Shown: positions 1 through 9,189 of the stretch, one piece after another
How positions within the stretch are numbered: the first letter of the stretch is position 1
Layout of the letters: the number at the start of each line of letters is the position of its first letter
Origin: an uncultured Gammaproteobacteria bacterium
Lineage (GTDB): Bacteria; Patescibacteriota; Patescibacteriia; Magasanikbacterales; GWA2-37-8
DNA length: 64,000 nt
Reading direction: 5' to 3'
Assembly: GCA_964514995.1 (NCBI GenBank)
Contig: CAZETA010000001.1
Coordinates: 15,148-79,147 of the forward strand
Notes under the pieces: generated by a model
Databases searched by the model: none
Seen by the model: the letters and a program-made list of their open reading frames with translations, nothing else
What the model was told of the DNA's origin: nothing
Program-made: the position numbers and the translations under genes

Positions 1-2
1 AC

Positions 3-1946
3 GGCGAAGCCGCGACAAGTGTGTTGGGTCAGTTAGATGTAAATGGCGACCAGAGCTTTGTGCAAAGGAGTATTAATAGTCGGTTTGAGAGTGATTATGG
101 TTTCGAGACAGCGACCGATGTCGTATTTGATGGTACAGGGCACCGTTTGTTTGTGTCTGATCCGGATAATGACAGAGTTTTAGTTTTTAATCTAAATAGT
201 AGCAATGAGCTTGTGGACTATCATGCTGACTATGTTTTAGGGCAGAGTGATTTTGTCAGTGGTAGTTCAGACCAGGCTGACCCTGCAGTTTCTGCCACCA
301 GCATGCTGTATCCGATCGGACTTGCCCTTGATAGTGCGAACAGCCGTTTGTTTGTGGCAGACCAAGATAACAATCGCGTGCTGGTGTTTGATGTAGCAAG
401 TATTACAAATGGAGAAGCGGCGATACATGTACTGGGTCAGTCTAATTTTGCAAGTAGCACCGCTAATCAAGGGGGTGCAGTAGCCTCAACCACGATGAGT
501 GTGCCTAATTATTTGCTCTATGCTAGCAGCACATTATATGTCTCTGATCAGAGTAATCACCGCGTTCTCGTGTTTGATGTTTCAGATATTACTGACGGTG
601 AAGGGGCTGTGCATGTTTTGGGCCAAGTAGATTTTACGAGCGGTACCGCTAACCAAGGTGGCGCTATAGCTTCCACTACCATAAACAGACCTGAAGGTTT
701 AGAGTATGACGGCGTTAATAACAATTTATTCGTTGCAGATAATGGGAACAAGCGTGTCCTAGTGTTCGACGTTTCAGACATTGCTGATGGTGAGGGGGCT
801 GTGCACGTATTAGGGCAAGCAGTTTTTACCACAGGTAATGCCGCTGTTACAGCGACTGGTCTTAGTTCGGCCGAGGGGATTACGTATGACAGCGCCCACA
901 ACAATTTATATGTTGGGGACAAAAGTAATAGTCGCGTGCTCGTGTACAATATATCAACTATTGTCGATGGTGAGGCAGCTGTAGCTGTGTTGGGTCAGGC
1001 TGATTTTACAAGCAATGTTGACATTTCTCCACCTACGGCAAGCTCGTTAAACGGTCCAGATGGCATGGATTTCGACACAGACAGGCATGTTTTATACGTA
1101 GTTGATGAAAACGCAAACAGAGTTGTTTTAATAAAGCTCATCAAACTACCGACATCTTCTTTGCCTAGTATTACCGCCGGAGCGAGTTTTAATCAATCTG
1201 TCGCTGCTTCAAATGTGCAGGGTACGGCAAGTTACAGTGTGAGCAGCGGCTCTATTCCTAACGGTTTAAGTTTGGCAGCCGGTACGGGCGCAATTACTGG
1301 TGTACCGAATGTTCCTGGTACATTTAATTTTACGATTTCTGCTACAGACAGTTTCGGAGATGGCAGTGTATTTTCTGATAGTCAATCTTACTCAATCATA
1401 GTCTCAGCTGCTCCTGGCGGAGGCGGTGGAGGTGGCGGAGGCGGTGGAGGTGGTTTTATTTCTCCGATTTCTCTAACTCCGAATGTGCCAGTAGTAGTGT
1501 TGCCGCCAATCACCGGTAGTCAGATAAATCCTCCGGTATTACCGCCTAGCCCTGAACAGAAAAAGTCTGCAGCCATAGCAAAAGTTGATACTCTCCTTAA
1601 GACAGTAAAATTAGGTCAAGTCAGTAGCAAAGTATTAGAGCTGCAAACACAATTAAAGAGCCTGGGTTATTTTCCTGCAAGTTTTAAACCAACTAAGACG
1701 TATGGCAGCCTGACAGCCGCGGCTGTGAAAAAATATCTAGCTGATAAAAATAAAAAACCGGTTGTTTCAAAAAGTTTAGATGAGTTGGTAAAAACTCTCA
1801 AACCCGGCCAGCAGAGTGATTTGGTGAAACAGTTACAAACTGAACTCAAAAAATTGAAATTTTTCCCAGCCAATATAGCAGCTAATGGTGTGTATGGCCC
1901 GGCAACTAAAGCAGCCGTAGCTAAGTACCTTGCTTCAAAAAGATAA
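3..1946 (+). CDS. Surface protein, 5'-partial. NHL-type beta-propeller repeats, a He_PIG-like putative Ig domain, a poly-Gly linker and two C-terminal PG_binding_1-like peptidoglycan-binding repeats.
   Basis: The frame is open from the window start (GEAATSVLGQLDV matches the repeat unit). About 60-aa modules recur, each with a [RK]VLV[FY][DN] ... DGE[AG]AV[HA]VLGQ motif. The He_PIG-like segment is NGLSLAAGTGAITGVP...FNFTISATD. G13 run. Two copies of L[KQ]..L[KG][YF]FP...G.YG..T..AV.KYL. Confidence 0.6.
   Translation, partial: GEAATSVLGQLDVNGDQSFVQRSINSRFESDYGFETATDVVFDGTGHRLFVSDPDNDRVLVFNLNSSNELVDYHADYVLGQSDFVSGSSDQADPAVSATSMLYPIGLALDSANSRLFVADQDNNRVLVFDVASITNGEAAIHVLGQSNFASSTANQGGAVASTTMSVPNYLLYASSTLYVSDQSNHRVLVFDVSDITDGEGAVHVLGQVDFTSGTANQGGAIASTTINRPEGLEYDGVNNNLFVADNGNKRVLVFDVSDIADGEGAVHVLGQAVFTTGNAAVTATGLSSAEGITYDSAHNNLYVGDKSNSRVLVYNISTIVDGEAAVAVLGQADFTSNVDISPPTASSLNGPDGMDFDTDRHVLYVVDENANRVVLIKLIKLPTSSLPSITAGASFNQSVAASNVQGTASYSVSSGSIPNGLSLAAGTGAITGVPNVPGTFNFTISATDSFGDGSVFSDSQSYSIIVSAAPGGGGGGGGGGGGGFISPISLTPNVPVVVLPPITGSQINPPVLPPSPEQKKSAAIAKVDTLLKTVKLGQVSSKVLELQTQLKSLGYFPASFKPTKTYGSLTAAAVKKYLADKNKKPVVSKSLDELVKTLKPGQQSDLVKQLQTELKKLKFFPANIAANGVYGPATKAAVAKYLASKR
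130..1100 (+). repeat. Tandem imperfect ~180-nt coding repeats (NHL blades) inside the surface-protein gene.
   Basis: Blocks such as gtgtttgatgtttcagatattactgacggtgaaggggctgtgcatgttttgggccaa (about 570-630) and gtgttcgacgtttcagacattgctgatggtgagggggctgtgcacgtattagggcaa (about 760-820) are clearly related at DNA level. Confidence 0.5.
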
Positions 1947-1958
1947 ACTCTGATAAAT

Positions 1959-1988
1959 AAAACCCGACAATCATCCTGTCGGGTTTTT
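1959..1988 (+). terminator. Rho-independent terminator after the surface-protein gene.
   Basis: aaaacccgacaa tcatcc tgtcgggttttt: 10-bp GC-containing stem followed by a T-run. Confidence 0.6.
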
Positions 1989-1991
1989 AGG

Positions 1992-2020
1992 TTGACAAAG
2001 CGCCTAAATCCGTTTACTAT
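1992..2020 (+). promoter_or_regulatory. Candidate sigma70-like promoter for uvrB.
   Basis: TTGACA at 1992-1997, 17-nt spacer, then TACTAT, about 40 nt upstream of the uvrB ATG. Confidence 0.35.
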
Positions 2021-2060
2021 ACCCCCATACAAACCGAGCAATCGGCGATTTTGCATTTTT

Positions 2061-3977
2061 ATGTCATTATTTCAATTAAAATCAAAATTCCAACCAGCAG
2101 GGGATCAACCGGAGGCCATTAAAAAATTGATGGCTAGTTTGGAGAAGGGTAATAGGTACCAGGCACTGTTGGGTGTGACTGGATCTGGCAAGACATTTAC
2201 TGTAGCCAATGTCATTAGCCAGTTCGATAAGCCGGCGCTTATCATGGCGCCAAACAAAGCTTTGGCTGCCCAGCTGTATCGTGAGTATAAGAATTTTTTC
2301 CCTGAGAATTCAGTGAATTATTTTGTATCGTACTATGATTATTATCAGCCCGAGGCATATATTCCTACCAGCGACACTTATATCGAGAAGGAATCCATGA
2401 TCAACGAGGAGATAGATCGGCTGCGCCATCAAGCGACGAGTGCGCTCATGTCTCGCAAAGATGTGATCGTGGTCGCGTCCGTCTCTTGTATCTATAATCT
2501 TGGTGTACCGGTCAATTATTTTGACGCGGCTTTACATTTGGAAGTAGGGCAGCCGATGGTGCGGGCGGATTTGATGCGGCAACTTTTAAAATTACAATTT
2601 GCACGTACGCCGGGAGCGGTTGAACGCGGTACATTTCGCGTCCGCGGTGATGTATTTGAAATTGCGCCGGCTTCCGAGAAATTTGTTTATCGTATAGAAA
2701 TAATTAATCAAAAAATTGGGGAAATTGCCGTCACTGATACGCTCACCCGAGTCGTTAAGGAGAAGCCGACGGAAGCGGTGATTTTTCCGGTCAAGCACTT
2801 TGTTTCTTCTGAACCGCAAATAAAAGAAGCGCTCAAAGAAATTAAAGTCGAATTAAAAGATCAGTTGGCATATTTTAAGAAAAAAGAATTATACCTGGAG
2901 GCAGAACGTCTGGAACGCAGAACGAGATATGATATGGAAATGATTCAGACGCTGGGTTTTTGTCATGGCATCGAAAATTATTCCCGTCATTTGGCTGGCA
3001 AGCTAGCTGGCGATGCGCCCGATACGTTGCTTTCATATTTCCCTTGGAAAGAAGATAAAAATGGCGTGAAGAGTCCGGACTTTCTGACTATTATGGACGA
3101 ATCGCATATCGGACTGCCGCAAGTGCGCGGCATGTATGCGGGTGATCGGAGCCGCAAAGAAACCCTAGTGCAATTCGGATGGCGGTTGCCCTCAGCCTTG
3201 GATAATCGACCGCTCAAGTTCGATGAATTTGAGAAACGGGTCGGCCAGGTAGTCTTTACCTCCGCTACGCCTGGAGATTTCGAGATGCAGCATTCATCTG
3301 TGATAGCGGAACAGGTGATTCGTCCGACTGGCCTTATCGATCCGCCGATTGAGGTCAGGCCTGTATTTGATACAAAAACTAATCGCGGACAGGTTGATGA
3401 TATTATTAAAGAAATAGAAAAAATTGTGGCTCTGGGAGAGCGGGCGATTATCAATGTCCTGACCAAAAAAATGGCTGAGGAGTTATCGGAATTTTTGAAA
3501 CAAAAGAACTTTTCCGTTAATTATTTACATTCGGATGTGAAGACGTTGCAACGCACGGAAATTCTTATGGATTTCAGGCAGGGCAAATTCAATGTGCTAA
3601 TCGGTGTTAATTTGTTGCGTGAAGGCCTGGATTTACCTGAGGTGACACTCGTCGCCATCATGGATGCGGACAGAGAAGGCTTTTTGCGCAGCGAGGAATC
3701 GCTCATGCAGACCATGGGTCGTGCCGCGAGAAATGTGAAAGGCAGCGTCATTCTCTATGCTGATACCATTACTCGGTCCATGAGAAATGCCATGAAAGAA
3801 GTGGAGCGAAGAAGAAAATTACAGATTGCCTACAATGAAAAACATGGCATTACGCCGCAGACGACCCATAAAGACATAGAACAGTTTTTGGATATCCCGG
3901 AAGCAACTGAAGCGGAAATTCAGTCTCAAGGTAAACGACAAATGCCGATGTTAAAAAATAAAAAGAGTAAAAAGTAA
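2061..3977 (+). CDS. uvrB: Excinuclease ABC subunit B.
   Basis: N-terminus MSLFQLKSKFQPAGDQPEAIKKL is like E. coli UvrB. Walker A GVTGSGKT, helicase motifs, and a C-terminal UvrB/UvrC interaction region. Start moved to the ATG at 2061 (the track start at 1992 is TTG). Confidence 0.9.
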   Translation: MSLFQLKSKFQPAGDQPEAIKKLMASLEKGNRYQALLGVTGSGKTFTVANVISQFDKPALIMAPNKALAAQLYREYKNFFPENSVNYFVSYYDYYQPEAYIPTSDTYIEKESMINEEIDRLRHQATSALMSRKDVIVVASVSCIYNLGVPVNYFDAALHLEVGQPMVRADLMRQLLKLQFARTPGAVERGTFRVRGDVFEIAPASEKFVYRIEIINQKIGEIAVTDTLTRVVKEKPTEAVIFPVKHFVSSEPQIKEALKEIKVELKDQLAYFKKKELYLEAERLERRTRYDMEMIQTLGFCHGIENYSRHLAGKLAGDAPDTLLSYFPWKEDKNGVKSPDFLTIMDESHIGLPQVRGMYAGDRSRKETLVQFGWRLPSALDNRPLKFDEFEKRVGQVVFTSATPGDFEMQHSSVIAEQVIRPTGLIDPPIEVRPVFDTKTNRGQVDDIIKEIEKIVALGERAIINVLTKKMAEELSEFLKQKNFSVNYLHSDVKTLQRTEILMDFRQGKFNVLIGVNLLREGLDLPEVTLVAIMDADREGFLRSEESLMQTMGRAARNVKGSVILYADTITRSMRNAMKEVERRRKLQIAYNEKHGITPQTTHKDIEQFLDIPEATEAEIQSQGKRQMPMLKNKKSKK

Positions 3978-3986
3978 ATTAATTCT

Positions 3987-6482
3987 ATGGAAGATAAAAT
4001 CGTAATAAAAAAAGCCAGAGTACATAATCTCAAAAACGTATCTTTGGAAATTCCAAAAAATAAGATGACGGTATTTACCGGTGTGTCTGGCAGTGGCAAG
4101 TCATCGCTGGCTTTTGATACCATTTTTGCCGAGGGGCAGCGTCGGTATATAGAATCGTTGTCTCCGTATGCTCGCCAGTTTTTGGGACAAATGGAGCGCG
4201 CGGATGTCGACGAGATCACTGGTTTGTCACCGGCGATTGCCATTGGTCAGAAAGCGTTGAGCCATAATCCTCGATCCATTGTCGGAACCCTGACAGAAAT
4301 TTACGATTATTTCCGTGTGCTCTATGCCAGACTCGGTGAAGTCTTTTGTCCTCAGTGTGGACTCAAAATTGAAAAATTATCACCCGAAGAAATGATCGAT
4401 ATTATTTTGGGAATGGCGAAGGAATTAAAGGAACCGACCGTGACCGTATTATCGCCAGTCGTGCGCGGTCGTAAAGGTGAGTACTACCAGATGTTGTATG
4501 ATTTTCTAAATGAAGGTTTTGAGCAGGCGCGGGTGGACGGCACAGTACATTCACTCCATGATCGGATAGAATTGTCGCGGCACAAGGCTCACAATATTGA
4601 TGTGGTTATTGACCGAGTAATGACGAGCGACGAGACCCGGTTGTTTGAAGCGGTAGAAAGCGCCTTGCAGCACAGCAAGGGACTCGTCACGGTTTTGTTT
4701 GGCGAAAAAACAAAAAATCCGACTGAGCGTCTACTCTCCAGCCATTGGTCTTGTCCGGCTGATGGGTTTTCTTTTCCAGAAGTTGAGCCAAGATTATTCT
4801 CATTCAACAGTCCGGCGGGGGCGTGTGTTGCTTGTGGCGGCTTAGGTAAGGTGGAAGCATTTAGTAAGGAAATTTGTCCTGAGTGCCAAGGCAAACGACT
4901 TAAGCCGGAATCTTTGTCTGTACGGATTAAAAATAAAAATATTTATGAGGTTTCTTCGCTGACCATTGAAGAAGGATATGAGTTTTTCAAGGAGTATGGC
5001 AAGAAACTCAACGAACGCCAGATGATGATCGCGCACAATGTTATTAAAGAAATTAATGATCGCTATAAATTTTTGTTGGAAGTTGGTTTGGATTATATTA
5101 CGCTGACACGTGAAGCGCATACCTTGTCTGGCGGGGAAGCACAGAGAATTCGGCTGGCTTCTCAGATCGGCTCGCATCTTTCAAACACGCTATATGTGCT
5201 CGATGAGCCGACCATTGGTTTGCATGAACGCGATACGGAACGCCTCGTCAATACTTTGAAATCATTACGTGATGAAAATAATACGGTGATTATTGTGGAG
5301 CACGATGAACGGACGATCAAAGAATCCGATTATTTGGTGGATCTTGGCCCGATGGCTGGTGAACTGGGCGGGGAAGTGGTCTACAGCGGACCAACCAAAG
5401 ATATTACCAAAGAAAAAAATAAATCATTGACGCTAGAGTATTTAACCGGAGAAGTCGAGATAGAAGTGCCGAAAAAACGCCGTTGGAAAGAGACAGAAGA
5501 AATTTCTATTGTGGGCGCGCGGGCCAACAATCTGAAAAATATCAATGTCAAAATTCCGCTGCGAAAATTTGTGGTAATTTCCGGTGTTTCCGGGGGTGGT
5601 AAATCATCGCTTCTGTACGATGTCCTCTATGAAAATATTGCCAGAATAAAAAGCAGATTTAAAAAATTGGAGGATGTGAGCAAGATTACGGGGACTGAAT
5701 ATGTCGACAAAGCGGTGATTGTTGACCAGTCACCAATTGGCCGTACACCAAGATCAAATCCTGCTACCTATACTGGTATATTTACCCCGATTCGTGATTT
5801 TTATGCGAGTTTGGAAGAAGCAAGAATAAGAGGGTATACGCATTCTCGTTTTTCTTTTAACCGTCCTGGTGGGCGCTGTGAGTCATGTGAAGGTGCAGGA
5901 TTTAACACGATTGAAATGCATTTCATGCCAGCGGTAGAAGTGCCGTGTGAAGTCTGTCATGGCAAACGGTTTAGCCGTGAGACCTTGCAAGTCAAACACA
6001 AGAACAAAAGTATTGCTGATGTCTTGGAGATGACGATTAGTGAAGCCATTAAATTTTTTGAGCATATTTATCAAATTACTGATAAACTAAAGGTATTACA
6101 AGAAGTTGGGCTTGGTTATCTACGTTTGGGACAAAGTGCTACTACCTTGTCTGGTGGTGAGGCGCAGCGCATCAAGCTGGCTCGCGAACTCACAGTCCCG
6201 CTAGGAAAGAAAAATTTGTATTTGCTTGATGAGCCGACGGTTGGTCTGCATTACCACGATATTGAATTGCTTTTGGCAGTACTCAACAAGCTGGTAGAAA
6301 AGGGAAATTCGGTCGTGGTGATTGAGCATAATTTGCATATGATCAAGTGTGCGGATTATATTATAGATATGGGTCCAGAGGGTGGCGCCAAAGGGGGAGT
6401 CGTTGTCGCCAAAGGCACGCCCGAAGAAGTAGGAGATAATCCTAATTCATATACGGGTATGTATTTGAAGGAGTATCTTTAA
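3987..6482 (+). CDS. uvrA: Excinuclease ABC subunit A, a short 831-aa form.
   Basis: N-terminus ...ARVHNLKNVSLEIPKNKMTVFTGVSGSGKSS is like E. coli UvrA. Two ABC modules (LSGGEAQR twice), Zn-finger Cys pairs, and a 10-nt gap after uvrB. Confidence 0.9.
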   Translation: MEDKIVIKKARVHNLKNVSLEIPKNKMTVFTGVSGSGKSSLAFDTIFAEGQRRYIESLSPYARQFLGQMERADVDEITGLSPAIAIGQKALSHNPRSIVGTLTEIYDYFRVLYARLGEVFCPQCGLKIEKLSPEEMIDIILGMAKELKEPTVTVLSPVVRGRKGEYYQMLYDFLNEGFEQARVDGTVHSLHDRIELSRHKAHNIDVVIDRVMTSDETRLFEAVESALQHSKGLVTVLFGEKTKNPTERLLSSHWSCPADGFSFPEVEPRLFSFNSPAGACVACGGLGKVEAFSKEICPECQGKRLKPESLSVRIKNKNIYEVSSLTIEEGYEFFKEYGKKLNERQMMIAHNVIKEINDRYKFLLEVGLDYITLTREAHTLSGGEAQRIRLASQIGSHLSNTLYVLDEPTIGLHERDTERLVNTLKSLRDENNTVIIVEHDERTIKESDYLVDLGPMAGELGGEVVYSGPTKDITKEKNKSLTLEYLTGEVEIEVPKKRRWKETEEISIVGARANNLKNINVKIPLRKFVVISGVSGGGKSSLLYDVLYENIARIKSRFKKLEDVSKITGTEYVDKAVIVDQSPIGRTPRSNPATYTGIFTPIRDFYASLEEARIRGYTHSRFSFNRPGGRCESCEGAGFNTIEMHFMPAVEVPCEVCHGKRFSRETLQVKHKNKSIADVLEMTISEAIKFFEHIYQITDKLKVLQEVGLGYLRLGQSATTLSGGEAQRIKLARELTVPLGKKNLYLLDEPTVGLHYHDIELLLAVLNKLVEKGNSVVVIEHNLHMIKCADYIIDMGPEGGAKGGVVVAKGTPEEVGDNPNSYTGMYLKEYL

Positions 6483-6503
6483 GAATAATTAACAAATACA
6501 TAT

Positions 6504-7349
6504 ATGAAAAAATTATTTATTTTTTTAGGGGGAGTAGCAGTATTGCTGATTACCGTTGTCTTATTTAGAAAATTAGACAATACAGCACCGCCAATTTCTG
6601 ACAATAATCCGCCGCCAATTTTGGAAGATAATGTTGGTCTCGTAGTGGAAAATGTCCACACAAATGACTTACTTAGTTCACCGCTTAAAATCACCGGTTA
6701 TGTGAACGGTGGTGGGTGGGGCGGTTTTGAAGGTCAGGTAGGCACAGTCAGTCTTCAGGATAGTGCGGGTAATGAATTATATATTGAACCGCTCACGGCT
6801 ACGACTGAGTGGATGACAACCACGGTGCGTTTTGAAGCAAATTTGGAATACGTTACGCTTGATCAGTACGGTAAACTTATTTTTAGAAATGAAAACCCAA
6901 GCGGCGAGCCGTCTCGAGATAGAGAAGTGATGATAGAAGTACGACTAATACCCGCGGTCGGCATGTTAAAAGTGCAGTCTTATTTTAGTAACAGTCAGCT
7001 TGATCCGGAGGCAACTTGTGAAAAAGTTTTTCCAGTGGATAGGATTGTAGAAAAAACTAGCGCTGTAGGCAGGGTAGCTTTAGAAGAATTGTTAAAGGGG
7101 CCGAAGCAGATAGAAAAAGGTAAAGGTTATGAAACAAGTATCAACCCAGGAGTGCAAATAAATAGTCTTACAATTACAGGGGGTATAGCTAAGGTTGATT
7201 TCAATGACGCTTTGACTGCGGGAGTAGCCGGGTCATGTCGAGTGGGTATGATTCGTTTACAGATAGAGCAAACGCTCAAACAGTTCCCGACCGTAAAAAG
7301 TGTGGTGATTTCAGTAAACGGTAGAACAGAAGATATTTTACAGCCATGA
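6504..7349 (+). CDS. Membrane-anchored or secreted protein with a Gmad2 Ig-like segment and a GerMN-like C-terminal domain.
   Basis: N-terminal TM/signal segment (KKLFIFLGGVAVLLITVVLF). Motifs LKITGYVNGGGWGGFEGQV and C-terminal SCRVGMIRLQIEQTLKQFPTVKSVVISVNG. The stop overlaps the uvrC start by 4 nt. Confidence 0.45.
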   Translation: MKKLFIFLGGVAVLLITVVLFRKLDNTAPPISDNNPPPILEDNVGLVVENVHTNDLLSSPLKITGYVNGGGWGGFEGQVGTVSLQDSAGNELYIEPLTATTEWMTTTVRFEANLEYVTLDQYGKLIFRNENPSGEPSRDREVMIEVRLIPAVGMLKVQSYFSNSQLDPEATCEKVFPVDRIVEKTSAVGRVALEELLKGPKQIEKGKGYETSINPGVQINSLTITGGIAKVDFNDALTAGVAGSCRVGMIRLQIEQTLKQFPTVKSVVISVNGRTEDILQP

Positions 7350-8503
7350 GTCTGCAAGAAATAGCAAAACAATTTCCTTTAACCCCAGGGGTATATATCT
7401 GGCGAGATAAAAATCAAAAACCCCTGTATGTAGGCCGAGCAACTTCTTTGCGACGGCGGGTTTTGCAATACTTCAGAAAAGATATTGATCGGCGGATTGG
7501 TGAGATGGTTTCTTTGGCACAGTCGATTGAGTTTATTCAGACTGATACTGTCCTGGAAGCCATTATTCTGGAAGCAAACCTGATAAAGGAATATTGGCCA
7601 AAATACAATATTGAAGAGAAGGATGATAAGTCTTTTATTTTTTTTGTTATTCCGAAGACTGATTTTCCCAAGCCGTTTATGGTTCGGGGTAGAGAACTCA
7701 AAAATTTTCCAATTCCTGAAGATAGAGTATTTGGTCCTTACCAAAGTTATGCCACCCTAAAAACAGTGCTAAAAATTGTTCGTCGTATTTTCCCCTACAG
7801 CACCTGTAACCAAACAGGTAAAGCTTGTTTTGATTATCAAATCGGATTGTGTCCGGGAGTTTGTATGGGTGCTGTAAGTAAAAAAGATTATCAAAAAAAC
7901 ATCGCTAATTTATTGTTATTTTTCAGAGGCGAAAAAAATAAACTACTAAAGAAACTTTCCAAAGATAATCCTGAAGCCGCGTTGCATCTCAAACATATCC
8001 AGGATGTAAGTTTGATTTCCCGTGAAGATTTGAATATGAGCGGCAATTTTAATCGCATAGAAGGCTATGACATCTCGCATTTTGCGGGTAAGGAAGTATA
8101 TGGCTCAATGGTGGTTTTTACCAATGGCGAGCCTGATAATAAGGAATATAGATTGTTTAAGATAAAAACGGTGACTAATAACGACCTTGACGCGCTCAAG
8201 GAAATGCTCGAGCGCCGGCTGAAGCATACTGAATGGCCAAAGCCGGATTTAATCCTCATAGACGGTGGTAAGCCGCAGATAGACTATTTGCGCCCGCTCA
8301 TGGAGCAATATCAATTCAAGGCGCCATGGCTGGGACTGTCAAAATTAAATGGCGATCATTTGGTATTTCCTGCAGGAATAAAAAATGTGTTCAAAGACTT
8401 GGCAGAGACGATCAAGCGCACACTACAGCAGGTGCGGGATGAGGCACATCGGTTTGCTAATCGTGGGAGAAGCAGAGGATATTTTAATAGGAATTTAAGG
8501 TAG
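7346..8503 (+). CDS. uvrC: UvrC-like excinuclease subunit C. GIY-YIG plus RNase H-like endonuclease domain, with no C-terminal HhH.
   Basis: GVYIWRDKNQKPLYVGRATSLRRR is the GIY-YIG motif. IEGYDISHFAGKEVYGSMVVFTNGEPDNKEYRLFKIK matches the UvrC endonuclease domain. 385 aa with a clean stop. Confidence 0.75.
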   Translation: MSLQEIAKQFPLTPGVYIWRDKNQKPLYVGRATSLRRRVLQYFRKDIDRRIGEMVSLAQSIEFIQTDTVLEAIILEANLIKEYWPKYNIEEKDDKSFIFFVIPKTDFPKPFMVRGRELKNFPIPEDRVFGPYQSYATLKTVLKIVRRIFPYSTCNQTGKACFDYQIGLCPGVCMGAVSKKDYQKNIANLLLFFRGEKNKLLKKLSKDNPEAALHLKHIQDVSLISREDLNMSGNFNRIEGYDISHFAGKEVYGSMVVFTNGEPDNKEYRLFKIKTVTNNDLDALKEMLERRLKHTEWPKPDLILIDGGKPQIDYLRPLMEQYQFKAPWLGLSKLNGDHLVFPAGIKNVFKDLAETIKRTLQQVRDEAHRFANRGRSRGYFNRNLR

Positions 8504-8511
8504 CTCAGAGG

Positions 8512-8540
8512 TTGACAGGAGGTGTTTTTCAAGGTATAAA
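8512..8540 (+). promoter_or_regulatory. Candidate sigma70-like promoter.
   Basis: TTGACA (8512-8517), 17-nt spacer, TATAAA (8535-8540). Confidence 0.4.
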
Positions 8541-8656
8541 TTGTCGATGTTTGTTCTTTGTAATTGGGTTTTGTATATATGGGCTTGGAATTTTAGAATA
8601 TTTAATAAAATATTTTGAGATTCTTAGCTCATCTAACACAAAAGAAAAAGGTGCCA

Positions 8657-8941
8657 ATGGACGAATTTAGAGCAAAGCTTGTCGAACTCTTTCCCGAGTG
8701 GGAGGATGCCATCCGGATGTGCGATGCGGGTGATGTTCCGGGTCTCCGCACAGCTCTTCGTGATGCTACCTATCCAGGCGGTATGAGCGGCGACACCATG
8801 CTGAAAATGGTGGCAGCAGGCCATCCATATCGCGCTATTCGGGACGAGCACCTGCGAATCAAGGGGAAAGGCCCGCAGCTTGAGGCTTTGCGGAGGATGT
8901 TCGATGATCGTTTTCCGCCCCAATGGTCCTCCGGCTACTAG
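8657..8941 (+). CDS. Hypothetical 94-aa protein encoded in a GC-rich islet.
   Basis: aaaggtg RBS 5 nt upstream of the ATG. The ORF sequence is protein-like (MDEFRAKLVELFPEWEDAIRMCDAGDVPGLRTALRDATYPGG...). Local GC content is visibly far above the flanks. Confidence 0.35.
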   Translation: MDEFRAKLVELFPEWEDAIRMCDAGDVPGLRTALRDATYPGGMSGDTMLKMVAAGHPYRAIRDEHLRIKGKGPQLEALRRMFDDRFPPQWSSGY

Positions 8942-8960
8942 CTAGGCACAGACCCAACCC

Positions 8961-9005
8961 GAGCGGCGCCGCCGTGCTCCCAAGAAGCCAAGGGCGGCGC
9001 CGCTC
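8961..9005 (+). other. Perfect 13-bp GC-rich hairpin (gagcggcgccgcc / ggcggcgccgctc, 19-nt loop) directly after the GC-rich ORF. No U-tract.
   Basis: The reverse complement of gagcggcgccgcc is ggcggcgccgctc, and it is present 19 nt downstream. Confidence 0.5.
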
Positions 9006-9056
9006 CCGCCCTGTACCGCTATTATCAAAACATTGGTAGTCGCAGTATAGGGATAT

Positions 9057-9085
9057 TTGACAGATTCAAGCAAATATAGTATCAT
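9057..9085 (+). promoter_or_regulatory. Candidate sigma70-like promoter for rpsA.
   Basis: TTGACA, 17-nt spacer, TATCAT, about 100 nt upstream of the rpsA ATG. Confidence 0.4.
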
Positions 9086-9189
9086 TAAGACTATAAAATA
9101 AGCTTAATTAAAGCCTTCCCAATTTAGAGGCAGGCACCTGGTTCTGACTAAGTTCAGCACGGGATAAGGATTATTTTTTTGTTGAAAAT

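Noticed and set aside
1667-2056. 129-aa minus-strand ORF spanning the end of the surface-protein gene, its terminator and the uvrB start.
   Set aside because: It overlaps a clear terminator hairpin and the uvrB RBS and start. No independent support.
7346-8503. Possible pseudogene status of the short uvrC (385 aa), and likewise the short uvrA.
   Set aside because: Both frames are intact with clean starts and stops and conserved catalytic motifs. Shortened domain complements are typical of reduced genomes. No frameshifted remnant of the missing domains is visible downstream.
8633-8923. 96-aa antisense ORF inside GC-rich islet 1.
   Set aside because: GC-rich DNA yields long open frames on both strands. 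The plus-strand ORF has the better RBS and a more protein-like sequence, but neither strand can be proven from sequence alone.
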